Source: Nitrososphaeraceae archaeon (lineage in GTDB: Archaea > Thermoproteota > Nitrososphaeria > Nitrososphaerales > Nitrosopumilaceae). From it: a DNA stretch of 32,555 bases. Of the stretch, positions 1 through 8,522 are shown in pieces. The translations under genes and the position numbers were made by a program. Under the pieces are notes generated by a model, which saw nothing but the letters and a program-made list of their open reading frames with translations, did no database searches and was not told where the DNA came from. The stretch lies in assembly GCA_025922755.1 (NCBI GenBank), contig JAICHE010000001.1, positions 1-32,555 on the forward strand. The letters run 5' to 3'. The first letter of the stretch is position 1; each line of letters begins with the position of its first letter.

Positions 1-130
1 AATTTTTTTTCTTATCATTTCTATTAACCTTTATTTTTGTGATTTAATACTAATTCAAGATTATCAGTTTTAATAACTATCTCATTACTTGATTTTCAAG
101 AGTTTAGTTTAATATTCGTCAATTTTAATT

Positions 131-565
131 TTGATCATGAGAAAATCGCTCTACATGAATATTTTGGTTCCATTGGATGGTTCGGATTATTCCAAAAAAG
201 CACTTCTTCAGGCTTGTGATATGGCCAAAAACTACCAAGCTAATCTCATATTGGTATATGTAGTTGATAAATCCCCTTCTCTAAATCTGTTGGATAGAAA
301 TGAATATTTGAAAATGCTTAGAAGATTTGGAGAAAAAGTTCTAATCCACGGAAAGGAAACTGCAAAAGATAAAGGAATTGATACAACCACTGTTATGAAA
401 GAGGGAAATATAACAAACGAGATAGTAAAACTTGCAAAAAATAAAAAATGTAATTTGATTATAGTGGGAAGTAAGGGTTTGGGTGCAACAGCTAGATTTT
501 TTCTGGGAAGTATCTCCAATAAACTTGCAAATAACTCTCCTTGCTCTGTACTGATTGTAAAATAG
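131..565 (+). CDS. Universal stress protein (UspA family)
   Basis: 144-aa ORF from a TTG. ATG 155 (MNILVPLDGS) is the likelier start. It has the N-terminal ILVPLDGS pattern and the C-terminal G-x2-G-x9-GS nucleotide-binding motif (GSKGLGATARFFLGS) typical of USPs. Confidence 0.85.
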   Translation: MIMRKSLYMNILVPLDGSDYSKKALLQACDMAKNYQANLILVYVVDKSPSLNLLDRNEYLKMLRRFGEKVLIHGKETAKDKGIDTTTVMKEGNITNEIVKLAKNKKCNLIIVGSKGLGATARFFLGSISNKLANNSPCSVLIVK

Positions 566-566
566 T

Positions 567-1478
567 TTAAGCCTCTGCAATAGCTTTTACAATATCTGCT
601 TTAGTGATGATCCCAACCAGTTTTGAATTTTTTACTACTGGTAACCCACTAATTCTATTTCTTATCATTAACAATACAGCAACACTTACGTCTTCATCGG
701 CTTTCACTGTAACTGGATTTGAAGCCATAATATCGACTGCCTTGAAATGAAGAAGGTGACTCATTTGGTTTACCTGAAAGTCACTTGGATCTTTTTTAGT
801 TCTATAGTTTTCTACTTCTTTTGGATCAGCATATTGTGCAATCCAATGAGGTAGTTTTGCTGGAACAAAATCTCGGTAAGTAATTATCCCTACTGGAATT
901 TTATTTCGTTCAATAATAATCCGTGAGATTCTATTATGTATTAACAAACTTTCAACATAAAGTAATGAATCTCCAGGCATCGCGGTAATGACCTTTCTTG
1001 TCATTATTTTGGAGACCTTTAGAGGAGATACTGCATGTGTAAGAAATATGGATGCAAGATCAGTTTTCGTTACAAGTCCTTCTAAAACTCCTTTTTTACC
1101 TAAAACAATAACAGAACTAATTCTATGCCTTTTCATTAACTTAGCACAATCATAAATGGAATCAGTTTGTTTTACAGTAAACAATTTTTTTGACATAAAT
1201 CCTGAAACTTTTACTGATTTGATCGGCTTATCTCCTAAAGCATAAATCGTTTTTGCAATATCCTTTTCAGTAATTATCCCTACAGGACAATTCTTAGAAT
1301 TTATCACAATTAATCTCTTTAAATTATGGCGAAGAAGGACTTCTCTAGCCTCCAATAAAGTTGTATTTGGGCTAATTGTAATAGTTTTTTTAATAATTAT
1401 CTGATTAAGTTCTGCCTTTTTTAATAGCAATATGCCATCTTCAGCTTTTTGGGTTAAATATATGAACTCAAATATCAA
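567..1478 (-). CDS. CBS-domain protein (four tandem CBS repeats)
   Basis: 303-aa ORF with four repeats ending in CBS-type strands (VGIITEKDI, EGLVTKTDL, VGIITYRDF, VGIITKADI) and no other recognisable domain. Tail-to-tail with the USP gene, 1 nt apart. Confidence 0.85.
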   Translation of the reverse strand: MIFEFIYLTQKAEDGILLLKKAELNQIIIKKTITISPNTTLLEAREVLLRHNLKRLIVINSKNCPVGIITEKDIAKTIYALGDKPIKSVKVSGFMSKKLFTVKQTDSIYDCAKLMKRHRISSVIVLGKKGVLEGLVTKTDLASIFLTHAVSPLKVSKIMTRKVITAMPGDSLLYVESLLIHNRISRIIIERNKIPVGIITYRDFVPAKLPHWIAQYADPKEVENYRTKKDPSDFQVNQMSHLLHFKAVDIMASNPVTVKADEDVSVAVLLMIRNRISGLPVVKNSKLVGIITKADIVKAIAEA

Positions 1479-1512
1479 GAATGAAAATCAAATTTGAAAA
1501 TCTAGGGTTTTC

Positions 1513-1528
1513 TTTTAATTTAAAAATA
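1513..1528 (+). promoter_or_regulatory. TATA-like box upstream of the CBS/HPF-like gene
   Basis: TTTTAATTTAAAAATA is centred ~30 nt upstream of ATG 1551 in the 72-nt divergent intergenic region. The spacing fits an archaeal BRE/TATA promoter with a very short or absent leader. Confidence 0.35.
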
Positions 1529-1550
1529 GGTGTTTTATCAATAAAGAAAG

Positions 1551-2717
1551 ATGATAACTGATACAATTTATGAACACCTAAAAGATATTCAAACTACAAA
1601 ACTTAGAAATTTTGTTACGAAACCCACATTAATTGAAACAACTGATACCCTCTCTTCTGTTATCAACAAAATCACTCGAAACAAGTCATATGATGCATTT
1701 TACATTAATGGCAAGAGTACTTTTTCTACAAACGTTCTTTCTCTGCTTAATGCAAAAAATATAACTTCCATGAAAGTAGAGCCATACCTCTCACCCATAC
1801 CTTATGTTTCTCCTAACGACTCGATACAAAAAGCATGTCATATAATGACACATTATAGAACTAGAGAAGTTCCTGTTGTCAGTAAAAATAAAATCATTGG
1901 AGTAGTTACTGCAAAACAAATCATCAAACTACTTTCTTCTAAAGACAACAAATGGATAAAAGCAAACTTGATTTACACTCAAAACCCTATTACGGTTACC
2001 TCAGATGAGCCTTTAAGTGCTGCAAAACGAATAATGATCAATAAGAAAATAGATCATCTTCCGGTAATAAATAAAGACAAAATAACACAAGTTTTAACAT
2101 CCTCTCATCTTATTGAAGCGATAATACCAAAAGAGAGTTTGGGACGTTTATCGAGAGGAGCTAATAGAGTTCATAAATTAGAATCAAGAATAGGTAATAT
2201 CGGTAGTACTAGAATTCCTCAATGTTCACCTAATGATGATTTAAATAAAATTCTAAAACTAATGCTAAAAACAGATACAACGTGTTGTTTGGTAAATCTA
2301 TGGGATAATCTTCAAGGAATAATCACATTCAAAGACATTCTTGGATTATTAGCCACAAAAATAGAAGCACAGATTCCATTATTCATTGTAGGAATGCCAG
2401 AAGACCAAATTAATGTAAATTTGATCACTTCTAAATTCGAAAAAACCCTAAAGCGATTACAACAAACTTATTCGGAAATCCACGAAGCTAGAGTATCTAT
2501 AAAAAAACAGAGAAGCGGTAATAAAAAAGAAGGAAAATTTGATGTAACAATTATGATTACTACATCACACCATACTCCTTTAATTTACAGATCTTTAGGT
2601 TTTGATCTTAGTGAGGTTTTAGAAGACCTTAGCCAAAAACTATTAAGAAATCTTTCCAAAAAAGCAAAACGAAGATCAAAGACAAGCATTAGAAAAATGG
2701 GTCTACCAGTATTCTAA
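1551..2717 (+). CDS. CBS-domain protein (4 CBS repeats) with C-terminal HPF/RaiA (S30AE)-like domain
   Basis: 388-aa ORF. CBS-type repeats end in IIGVVTAKQII, ITQVLTSSHLI and LQGIITFKDIL, plus a degenerate N-terminal one. Residues ~275-372 follow the beta-alpha-beta-beta-beta-alpha sequence pattern of ribosome hibernation factors and are followed by a Lys/Arg-rich tail. Confidence 0.8.
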   Translation: MITDTIYEHLKDIQTTKLRNFVTKPTLIETTDTLSSVINKITRNKSYDAFYINGKSTFSTNVLSLLNAKNITSMKVEPYLSPIPYVSPNDSIQKACHIMTHYRTREVPVVSKNKIIGVVTAKQIIKLLSSKDNKWIKANLIYTQNPITVTSDEPLSAAKRIMINKKIDHLPVINKDKITQVLTSSHLIEAIIPKESLGRLSRGANRVHKLESRIGNIGSTRIPQCSPNDDLNKILKLMLKTDTTCCLVNLWDNLQGIITFKDILGLLATKIEAQIPLFIVGMPEDQINVNLITSKFEKTLKRLQQTYSEIHEARVSIKKQRSGNKKEGKFDVTIMITTSHHTPLIYRSLGFDLSEVLEDLSQKLLRNLSKKAKRRSKTSIRKMGLPVF

Positions 2718-2719
2718 TT

Positions 2720-3448
2720 ATGCAAGTCAGCAAGAAACCTTCCAAAGAACGTGTATTACTTGTAGGATTTCCTAGTAATGGTCTAGTAGGCACTTTTACC
2801 ATTTCATATTTGGTTCATCATTTACAAATGCCACAGATAGGTGAAATAGACCATCCTGATCTCCCCCCAACATTATTTGTTGAAGATGGCGAAATTCTCC
2901 CGCCTATTAGAATCTATAAAAAAAATAATCTTTACGTAATAATGTCAGATCTCCCCTTTGATCAGTTTGTAGCCTATGATTTTGCTCAATCCGTTTTGGA
3001 TTATTGTAAAAAAAATCAGATTTCAAAAATAATTATTATTAGTGGAATGGAAACCATCAATCGGGATCCTAAGGCACCAAAAATATTTGGACTTGTTACG
3101 CACAAATCACTTGAAAAATTACTCTACGATTGTGGAATTTCAAAATTCTTGGCAGGATCAATTTTTGGAACAGATGCTGCAATGATTACTGCATTTAGAA
3201 AATCAAATACCCCTGCTCTAATTTTGTATGCCGAATGCCATCCATTTTTCCCAGATCCTGAAGCGTCAATTATAGCAATTGCAACTCTAGCCAAAATATT
3301 AGATGTCAAAGTGGATACAACTGACATAAAAATGAAATTAGAACGATTACGTATTCAACACAGGAACCTTATGGAAGAAACAATTCGATCTTTACAACAA
3401 CAACAGCAAGAAAAACCGTCAGGACGAGCTCCTCAAATTTACCGGTGA
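2720..3448 (+). CDS. PAC2-family proteasome assembly chaperone (PbaA/PbaB-like)
   Basis: 242-aa ORF. The N-terminal VLLVGFPSNGLVGTFTISYLV matches the PAC2/DUF75 GFPG-x-G-x-VG signature. The extreme C-terminus is ...QIYR, a hydrophobic-Tyr-X (HbYX) proteasome-docking motif. Starts 2 nt after the upstream gene. Confidence 0.8.
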   Translation: MQVSKKPSKERVLLVGFPSNGLVGTFTISYLVHHLQMPQIGEIDHPDLPPTLFVEDGEILPPIRIYKKNNLYVIMSDLPFDQFVAYDFAQSVLDYCKKNQISKIIIISGMETINRDPKAPKIFGLVTHKSLEKLLYDCGISKFLAGSIFGTDAAMITAFRKSNTPALILYAECHPFFPDPEASIIAIATLAKILDVKVDTTDIKMKLERLRIQHRNLMEETIRSLQQQQQEKPSGRAPQIYR

Positions 3449-3452
3449 TTTT

Positions 3453-3845
3453 ATGACTAAACAAGAAGACAATAACAAAATTAGAATATTTCAACCAGTA
3501 TTTAGCTCATTACTAAATGATGATGTGGAACAACATAGTCTTTCTCCTTTATCTTGTTTAAGGGAATTTGGGACTTATTGGTTACTAGAATTTGACCTTC
3601 CCTTAGTAAATAAAAAAGATATTAAAATTACATTTGACGAAAACACCGTTTCAGTTGAAGCAAAATTAAAGGAAACTTATTCTGAGGAAAAATTTGGAAT
3701 AAAAACTAAATTTGAATACTTCAAAAAAACAATAACTCTCCCCTCCAAAATTAATAACAAAAAAGCAAGTGCAAAATTTACTAACGGAAGATTAACTATT
3801 ACAATACCAAAAGGGAACTTAGGTCATAAAATAAAAATAGAATAA
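3453..3845 (+). CDS. hsp20: Small heat-shock protein (Hsp20 / alpha-crystallin family)
   Basis: 130-aa ORF with an alpha-crystallin domain pattern (ITFDENTVSVEAKL ... KTITLPSKI ... AKFTNGRLTITIPK). 4-nt gap from the PAC2 gene. Confidence 0.85.
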   Translation: MTKQEDNNKIRIFQPVFSSLLNDDVEQHSLSPLSCLREFGTYWLLEFDLPLVNKKDIKITFDENTVSVEAKLKETYSEEKFGIKTKFEYFKKTITLPSKINNKKASAKFTNGRLTITIPKGNLGHKIKIE

Positions 3846-4118
3846 TCACTTGAAAAATTGATCAATTTGGTCTCTATACTTGACAGTCATTTTTCCAAAT
3901 TCGGTGAAATCCTCTGCAGTAGGATACTTTAATCTCATTGCATATTGATTTACAAAAATCGAAACAGCACTTCCAACAATTAGATTGTAACATGCATCAG
4001 CTAGATTTTTGGAGTAAGGAAATGCTACTTTGATAAAAGGCAAATAAGCTTCTGTTTGTGAAATCATTAATTTGATCTGTTTTTCTACATAATCTTGAAC
4101 ATCTTCTGGAATAGTCAT
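3846..4118 (-). CDS. Hypothetical protein (90 aa)
   Basis: Non-overlapped ORF filling the gap between hsp20 and the Cys-rich gene. No motif recognised. Confidence 0.5.
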   Translation of the reverse strand: MTIPEDVQDYVEKQIKLMISQTEAYLPFIKVAFPYSKNLADACYNLIVGSAVSIFVNQYAMRLKYPTAEDFTEFGKMTVKYRDQIDQFFK

Positions 4119-4168
4119 ACTATGACTAGTATACTCCCCTAAATAAGCACTTTATTTTTTAGAGAAAA

Positions 4169-4381
4169 TTATGATACGATTTGTTCTAGATATCGTTCTT
4201 TCCCTTTTCTACTTCTAGGAAGACAACGTAATTGCCTATTACAACAAGGGCATGTAATTCCGTCGTAATCTACAAAAATCTCACAATAATTACATCTTTT
4301 TTGTCCAGCTGCATACCGTCCTATTCTTGATGGTTTTTGTGCTTTGTAATTTTTACATTTACCAATACAATAAGTCATCAT
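4169..4381 (-). CDS. Small Cys-rich zinc-ribbon protein (70 aa)
   Basis: Cys pairs C5-x3-C9, C30-x2-C33 and C44-x-C46-C47, followed by a basic C-terminal tail (RSRKGKERY). Looks like a two-knuckle zinc ribbon. Confidence 0.6.
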   Translation of the reverse strand: MMTYCIGKCKNYKAQKPSRIGRYAAGQKRCNYCEIFVDYDGITCPCCNRQLRCLPRSRKGKERYLEQIVS

Positions 4382-4541
4382 CTATCACTTACAATAAAAT
4401 TCCATTCTGATAATATTATATTCTAAATTCTAATCTCAACGTTGATAATTACCTTGGGGAATAAATAACAAAATTTTCCAAAAAACTTGAATTTAATAAT
4501 GGATATTAAAATTTGTAGAAATTTAATTTATAATACAAAAA

Positions 4542-4853
4542 ATGGAGATAAAGATAATGGAATTAGATAGAAAAGTATTTGGAAAAATTACTACCAAAGA
4601 AATCATTGGAGCATTTCCACCAGCAGTGCCTGACACTAAAAATTTGCTTGACAATGAATTAAATCAATTAACTAATCAACTTGAATTGCATTCAAAAGAA
4701 GACTTACAAAAATTATTAGAAGATCAAGAAATTGCACAAAAACATGTGAATAGTAGACCAGGAGCTATGGCTCTTGCGCAAGATAAAATTCGATTATTTT
4801 CTGAATACAATCAAAAATACATTCAAACCATAAAAGAAAAACTCCAATCTTAA
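4542..4853 (+). CDS. Hypothetical protein (103 aa, predicted helical)
   Basis: Only long ORF in this interval; alternative ATG at 4557. No motif recognised. Confidence 0.45.
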   Translation: MEIKIMELDRKVFGKITTKEIIGAFPPAVPDTKNLLDNELNQLTNQLELHSKEDLQKLLEDQEIAQKHVNSRPGAMALAQDKIRLFSEYNQKYIQTIKEKLQS

Positions 4854-4871
4854 GAATTTTTTAATTTAGAA

Positions 4872-6254
4872 TTATTCTTTTTGAGAATCTTCTGGGGGTT
4901 TGGTGATAAAACCTCCCTCTTTTGGTTCTGGAGGAGGTATTTTTTTTGATCTTCCTAAACCGATAGTTGTAATAATTACCGAGGATAGAATAATAAAAAA
5001 AACAATCTGTGAATAGATCTCAGCATTTGGTAATCCTAGCGTTAAAGGAAAAGTTGCTAAAACAGCCGCTGCTAAACCTCTTGGAATCATTGAATAAGTC
5101 ACCTTTCTGTCGAGTAACGAAAACCTCTTGGTTAGAGTTATCTTTCCTATAATTACTCTTCCAAAATAAATTAAAATTGTAATTCCGATTCCAATTATTA
5201 TATATTCATAATTTCCAACACTTGCCATTAATCCTACAAAAACAAAAAAGAACACCCTTACAAGAAATGTTAATTGATTATGGGTTGGATCATCAACTTC
5301 GATTCTTGGAAGTTTGAATTTTAAGACCCTTGCAAGGTGTTTCTTATTTCCCAACATTAATCCAAATACTAAAGCAGTAAGTGCGCCTGATTCTCCAAAA
5401 GAATTTGCTAAAAAGAACAACAAAAACAGTATTCCTAAAGTCAACATGTAGGAGTGCTGGGCATTGCCAAGCTTTGTGTTAACATACATCCAAGGAATTC
5501 CTACTCCAAACCCAAGTACCAATCCTACAATAATGGATCTTCCCAATGTTTCTTGCAATACCTGTAAATCAAATTGACCTGCAAGTATTGCACCAAATAG
5601 AATGAAAGCAAATATTGTCGATAAAATATCCGTCAGAGCAGATTCAAAACTAAGCATGTTTTTTGTTTCCTCAGAAATTCTGATATTTCTGACAAGCCCA
5701 AATACAATCGCTGAACTACTTCCTCCTACGATTGAACCAAGTAGAATGCTCTCTAGCCACGACCAATCCAAAAGATAGTGTACAGCAAAGGTAGTAATTG
5801 CAACTGATAAAATAAAACCCAGAATAGCTAATGTAAAAGCAAAATGTGCCGTTTTTATCATCTGTTTAAGATCTAAATTTAATCCTCCATCAAACATGAT
5901 GATTATCAAAGCTAAAGCTGCAAAATATGGAACAATTTGAATTACGGCCTCTGCTTGAATGATTCCAAGAATTGGTCCAATAATTACTCCAAGTACCATC
6001 AAAAATGCAACATCTGGTATTCCTGTTTTTTTGAAAAAAGCCTCACCTGCCACTCCAAGAAAAATTGCAACACCTGCTGCCAATAAAATTACATGAGCAG
6101 AAGCAACTGGCCCATCTTGACTCAGAGTTCCCAAGAAATTTTGAAATTCGTTTATTTTTTCTAAGAAAAATTTAGTATCAAAACTGCTTAAGGATGGAAT
6201 ATCATCTATCTGTCCTCTGATTAGCTCCAATATTCCCAAAAAAATAGGATTCAT
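4872..6254 (-). CDS. Na+/H+ (cation/proton) antiporter, CPA1/NhaP-like
   Basis: 460-aa polytopic membrane protein with more than 10 hydrophobic segments. Has the CPA1-type MFDGGLNLD segment and a short hydrophilic C-terminal tail. Confidence 0.85.
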   Translation of the reverse strand: MNPIFLGILELIRGQIDDIPSLSSFDTKFFLEKINEFQNFLGTLSQDGPVASAHVILLAAGVAIFLGVAGEAFFKKTGIPDVAFLMVLGVIIGPILGIIQAEAVIQIVPYFAALALIIIMFDGGLNLDLKQMIKTAHFAFTLAILGFILSVAITTFAVHYLLDWSWLESILLGSIVGGSSSAIVFGLVRNIRISEETKNMLSFESALTDILSTIFAFILFGAILAGQFDLQVLQETLGRSIIVGLVLGFGVGIPWMYVNTKLGNAQHSYMLTLGILFLLFFLANSFGESGALTALVFGLMLGNKKHLARVLKFKLPRIEVDDPTHNQLTFLVRVFFFVFVGLMASVGNYEYIIIGIGITILIYFGRVIIGKITLTKRFSLLDRKVTYSMIPRGLAAAVLATFPLTLGLPNAEIYSQIVFFIILSSVIITTIGLGRSKKIPPPEPKEGGFITKPPEDSQKE

Positions 6255-6361
6255 ACCTTTTTTTTATTTAGATCTATTAAAATCCCAATTAATCAATCTA
6301 GATTGATTCATCGTATATCATTTAGAACACATTAAATTTCACCTTAAAATCTTATTTTATT

Positions 6362-6904
6362 ATGAGTGCCACTGAAGAACTTAGAGCAGATCATGACCAA
6401 GTACGTCGATTGCAAAAAGTAATTGAAAAATGTACTGCAAAAATAAAGGGTGGATCGAATATTCCTTTTGGCGATATTGAAAAAATCACAATTATTATTT
6501 ATGAATTTGTAGATACCATTCACCATTCTAGAGAGGAAAATTCGTATTTTCCATGTGTAGCAAGTTATGATACACTCAAAGAAGAAATTCGAGCATTTAT
6601 GATTGAACATGAATTTGGGAGAAATATTGCAAGAGAAATAACAAAACATCTACAAAGATGGAAAAAAGGAGAAGATGCAAGAGAACCTGTTTCAAGATTC
6701 TTGAGAACTTATTCTATTTACCTTTATGACCACCTAAACAAAGAGAACAAATTTTTTGATCAAGCTGAAGCCGAAGTTTTATCAAAAGAAGAAGAAATTG
6801 AGATGTATGAGCAATATAGATCAATAACGGCAATTACAAAAAAGAAAGAAGATATGATTAAGGAAATTGATTATTTGGAAAATCAGCCTTGGTTCCAAAT
6901 TTAA
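6362..6904 (+). CDS. Hemerythrin-like (HHE cation-binding) domain protein
   Basis: 180-aa ORF with spaced His/Glu ligand pattern (RADHD, HHSREE, IEHEFGR, YDHLNKEN) as in hemerythrin-like four-helix bundles. Confidence 0.65.
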   Translation: MSATEELRADHDQVRRLQKVIEKCTAKIKGGSNIPFGDIEKITIIIYEFVDTIHHSREENSYFPCVASYDTLKEEIRAFMIEHEFGRNIAREITKHLQRWKKGEDAREPVSRFLRTYSIYLYDHLNKENKFFDQAEAEVLSKEEEIEMYEQYRSITAITKKKEDMIKEIDYLENQPWFQI

Positions 6905-6942
6905 CGTAACCTCTTTATGTCCAATTTCTGGTATCTGATCAC

Positions 6943-7458
6943 ATGAAACCGTTTGTTCTTTGGATGACTGGGCTTCCTTGTTCAGGAAAGACTACGATCG
7001 TTAAAGATTTGCAAAAAGACATTCCTAATTTGGCAATGCTTGATGGTGATGAATTAAGAGAATGGTTCTCACCTAAGGACTTTTCAAAAGAAGGAAGAGA
7101 TGAGCATAATAAAAAAGTCGCTCATTTGGCTAAACTTTTGCTAAAACATGGTGTCCCAAGCGCTGTTTCTCTAGTTTCTCCATATTTGGAAAATAGACAA
7201 AAAGCACGAGAAATTATTGATGCAGGTGATCAATTTGCAGAATGTTATGTAAAATGTTCACTTGCAAAATGTGAAGAAAGGGACGTCAAAGGCATGTATG
7301 CCAAAGCAAGAAAGGGTGAGATTAAGGGATTTACTGGAATTGATGATCCTTATGAAGCACCTGAAAAAGCAGATCTGGTAATTGACACCGAAAATGAACC
7401 ATTATCAGAAAGTGCCAACAAAGTTAAAGAATTTCTCAAAGGAAGAAATCTAATTTAA
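6943..7458 (+). CDS. cysC: Adenylyl-sulfate (APS) kinase
   Basis: 171-aa ORF. P-loop WMTGLPCSGKTT near the N-terminus, LDGDELR and the size are typical of CysC. Confidence 0.9.
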   Translation: MKPFVLWMTGLPCSGKTTIVKDLQKDIPNLAMLDGDELREWFSPKDFSKEGRDEHNKKVAHLAKLLLKHGVPSAVSLVSPYLENRQKAREIIDAGDQFAECYVKCSLAKCEERDVKGMYAKARKGEIKGFTGIDDPYEAPEKADLVIDTENEPLSESANKVKEFLKGRNLI

Positions 7459-8265
7459 TTTTTTAAATTCTTCCAATATTTTATTATGAATCAGACCATT
7501 GGTCACCAAAATTCCATTTTGATGATGTACTATTTCATTATTGTAAGTAAGATCATTACCTAGCATATCTGTCATTTTCCCCCCAGCCTCTGTAATTATA
7601 CAATAAGAAGCAGCAGAATCCCATTCTTTCATTTTATTTGTAGTTGTGATGTATGCCTCAGCCTCACCCGAACTAATTTTTCCAACCTTCAATGAACTTC
7701 CAATACTTGTAAAATCTTCAATTCCTAATTTTTCTATAAATGATTTTTCTTTATCTGAGAGATGATGTCTTGAACCTACTGCTCTACATTTTGATAACTC
7801 GGAAACATTAGTTACTGAAATTTTCCTCCATTCTCCATTAAAATATCTGAAAGCTCCACCATCCTTTTGAGCAGCAAAAATAGTTTTTTCTGTTGGCCAT
7901 CCAATTACACCTAATATCGGTTTTTGATTTCTAACCAGGGCTATCATAACGGTAAATTCTCCAGTTTTATCAATAAAATCTGATGTGCCGTCTAGGGGAT
8001 CTACAATCCAAACCATTTCTTTTGTTAATCTACTCTTATCATCCTTGTCTTCTTCCGATAAAATATGATGAGGAGTTTTAGAAAGGATACTTTTGATTAT
8101 TTCATTGCTTTTTACATCTGCCTCTGTAATCGGAGAATCGTCATGCTTGGTGGAAGTTTCATAATTTTCTCCATAGATTTCCAGTATTGCTTTACCAGCC
8201 TCACTTACTGCCTGTAATGCGACATCAAACTCGGGAAGTTTATTTGAAATTGGAATATTGTTCAA
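7450..8265 (-). CDS. cysQ: 3'(2'),5'-bisphosphate nucleotidase CysQ-like (inositol monophosphatase superfamily)
   Basis: 271-aa ORF with IMPase-superfamily motifs LSEED, WIVDPLDGTSDF and KEWDSAA...EAGG. The EWD-x-AA form and the convergent 9-nt overlap with cysC favour PAP phosphatase over IMPase/FBPase. Confidence 0.75.
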   Translation of the reverse strand: MNNIPISNKLPEFDVALQAVSEAGKAILEIYGENYETSTKHDDSPITEADVKSNEIIKSILSKTPHHILSEEDKDDKSRLTKEMVWIVDPLDGTSDFIDKTGEFTVMIALVRNQKPILGVIGWPTEKTIFAAQKDGGAFRYFNGEWRKISVTNVSELSKCRAVGSRHHLSDKEKSFIEKLGIEDFTSIGSSLKVGKISSGEAEAYITTTNKMKEWDSAASYCIITEAGGKMTDMLGNDLTYNNEIVHHQNGILVTNGLIHNKILEEFKKLN

Positions 8266-8274
8266 AATTATTAC

Positions 8275-8481
8275 CTAGGTTGTAAGTTCGGGTTTTAAAG
8301 TCCATGCAACTCCAAGCATGATAAAGGGAATAGACAAAATTCCTATAATTGACAATATTGTATTTAGTTGAGAATCTGAAACTTCTGGATTATTAATTAT
8401 CCATGGAAGGGGCAAAGTAACAACTACCCATATCACTCCTAGTAAAATGATTAATTTTGCCTTCTTTTTCCTGTCAGCCAT
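8275..8481 (-). CDS. Small membrane protein (68 aa, 2 predicted TM)
   Basis: Basic N-terminus (MADRKKKAK) followed by two hydrophobic helices. Sits between the SDR gene and cysQ on the same strand, with 41-nt and 9-nt gaps. Confidence 0.5.
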   Translation of the reverse strand: MADRKKKAKLIILLGVIWVVVTLPLPWIINNPEVSDSQLNTILSIIGILSIPFIMLGVAWTLKPELTT

Positions 8482-8522
8482 TAAATCTAATACAATTTAG
8501 GGAATATTAAACTCATGTGAAT

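Noticed and set aside
232-580. Track ORFs 232-519(-) and 341-580(-), antisense to the USP gene.
   Set aside because: They lie almost wholly inside (antisense to) a gene with clear family motifs, the second running only ~15 nt past its stop. Their sequences are low-complexity Phe/Ile/Ser-rich, as expected for shadow frames of AT-rich coding DNA.
3124-3327. ORF antisense to the PAC2 gene, and analogous antisense ORFs. These are at 6344-6649, 8800-9111, 9127-9336, 12280-12477, 14292-14504, 15973-16164, 16913-17425, 18074-18298 and 18995-19378. Others lie at 19034-19246, 19860-20066, 20484-20690, 22577-22795, 23010-23201, 23732-23959, 24628-24810, 24807-25013 and 24920-25150. The rest are at 26108-26305, 26197-26385, 26632-26820, 27013-27267, 28151-28378, 28814-29038, 29068-29331, 29552-29818, 30165-30350, 30450-30794, 31200-31640 and 31930-32262.
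   Set aside because: Each overlaps a longer ORF that carries recognisable family motifs or a coherent membrane or secreted architecture. None shows a motif of its own, so they are treated as shadow ORFs.
7450-7458. Convergent gene overlaps: cysC/cysQ 9 nt; 26604-26620 secreted protein/nth 17 nt; 28830-28855 AcnX small subunit/AMMECR1 26 nt. These were considered as possible antisense regulation.
   Set aside because: Short 3'-end overlaps are common in streamlined, gene-dense genomes. There is nothing sequence-specific (no hairpins or repeats) at these sites to support a regulatory role.
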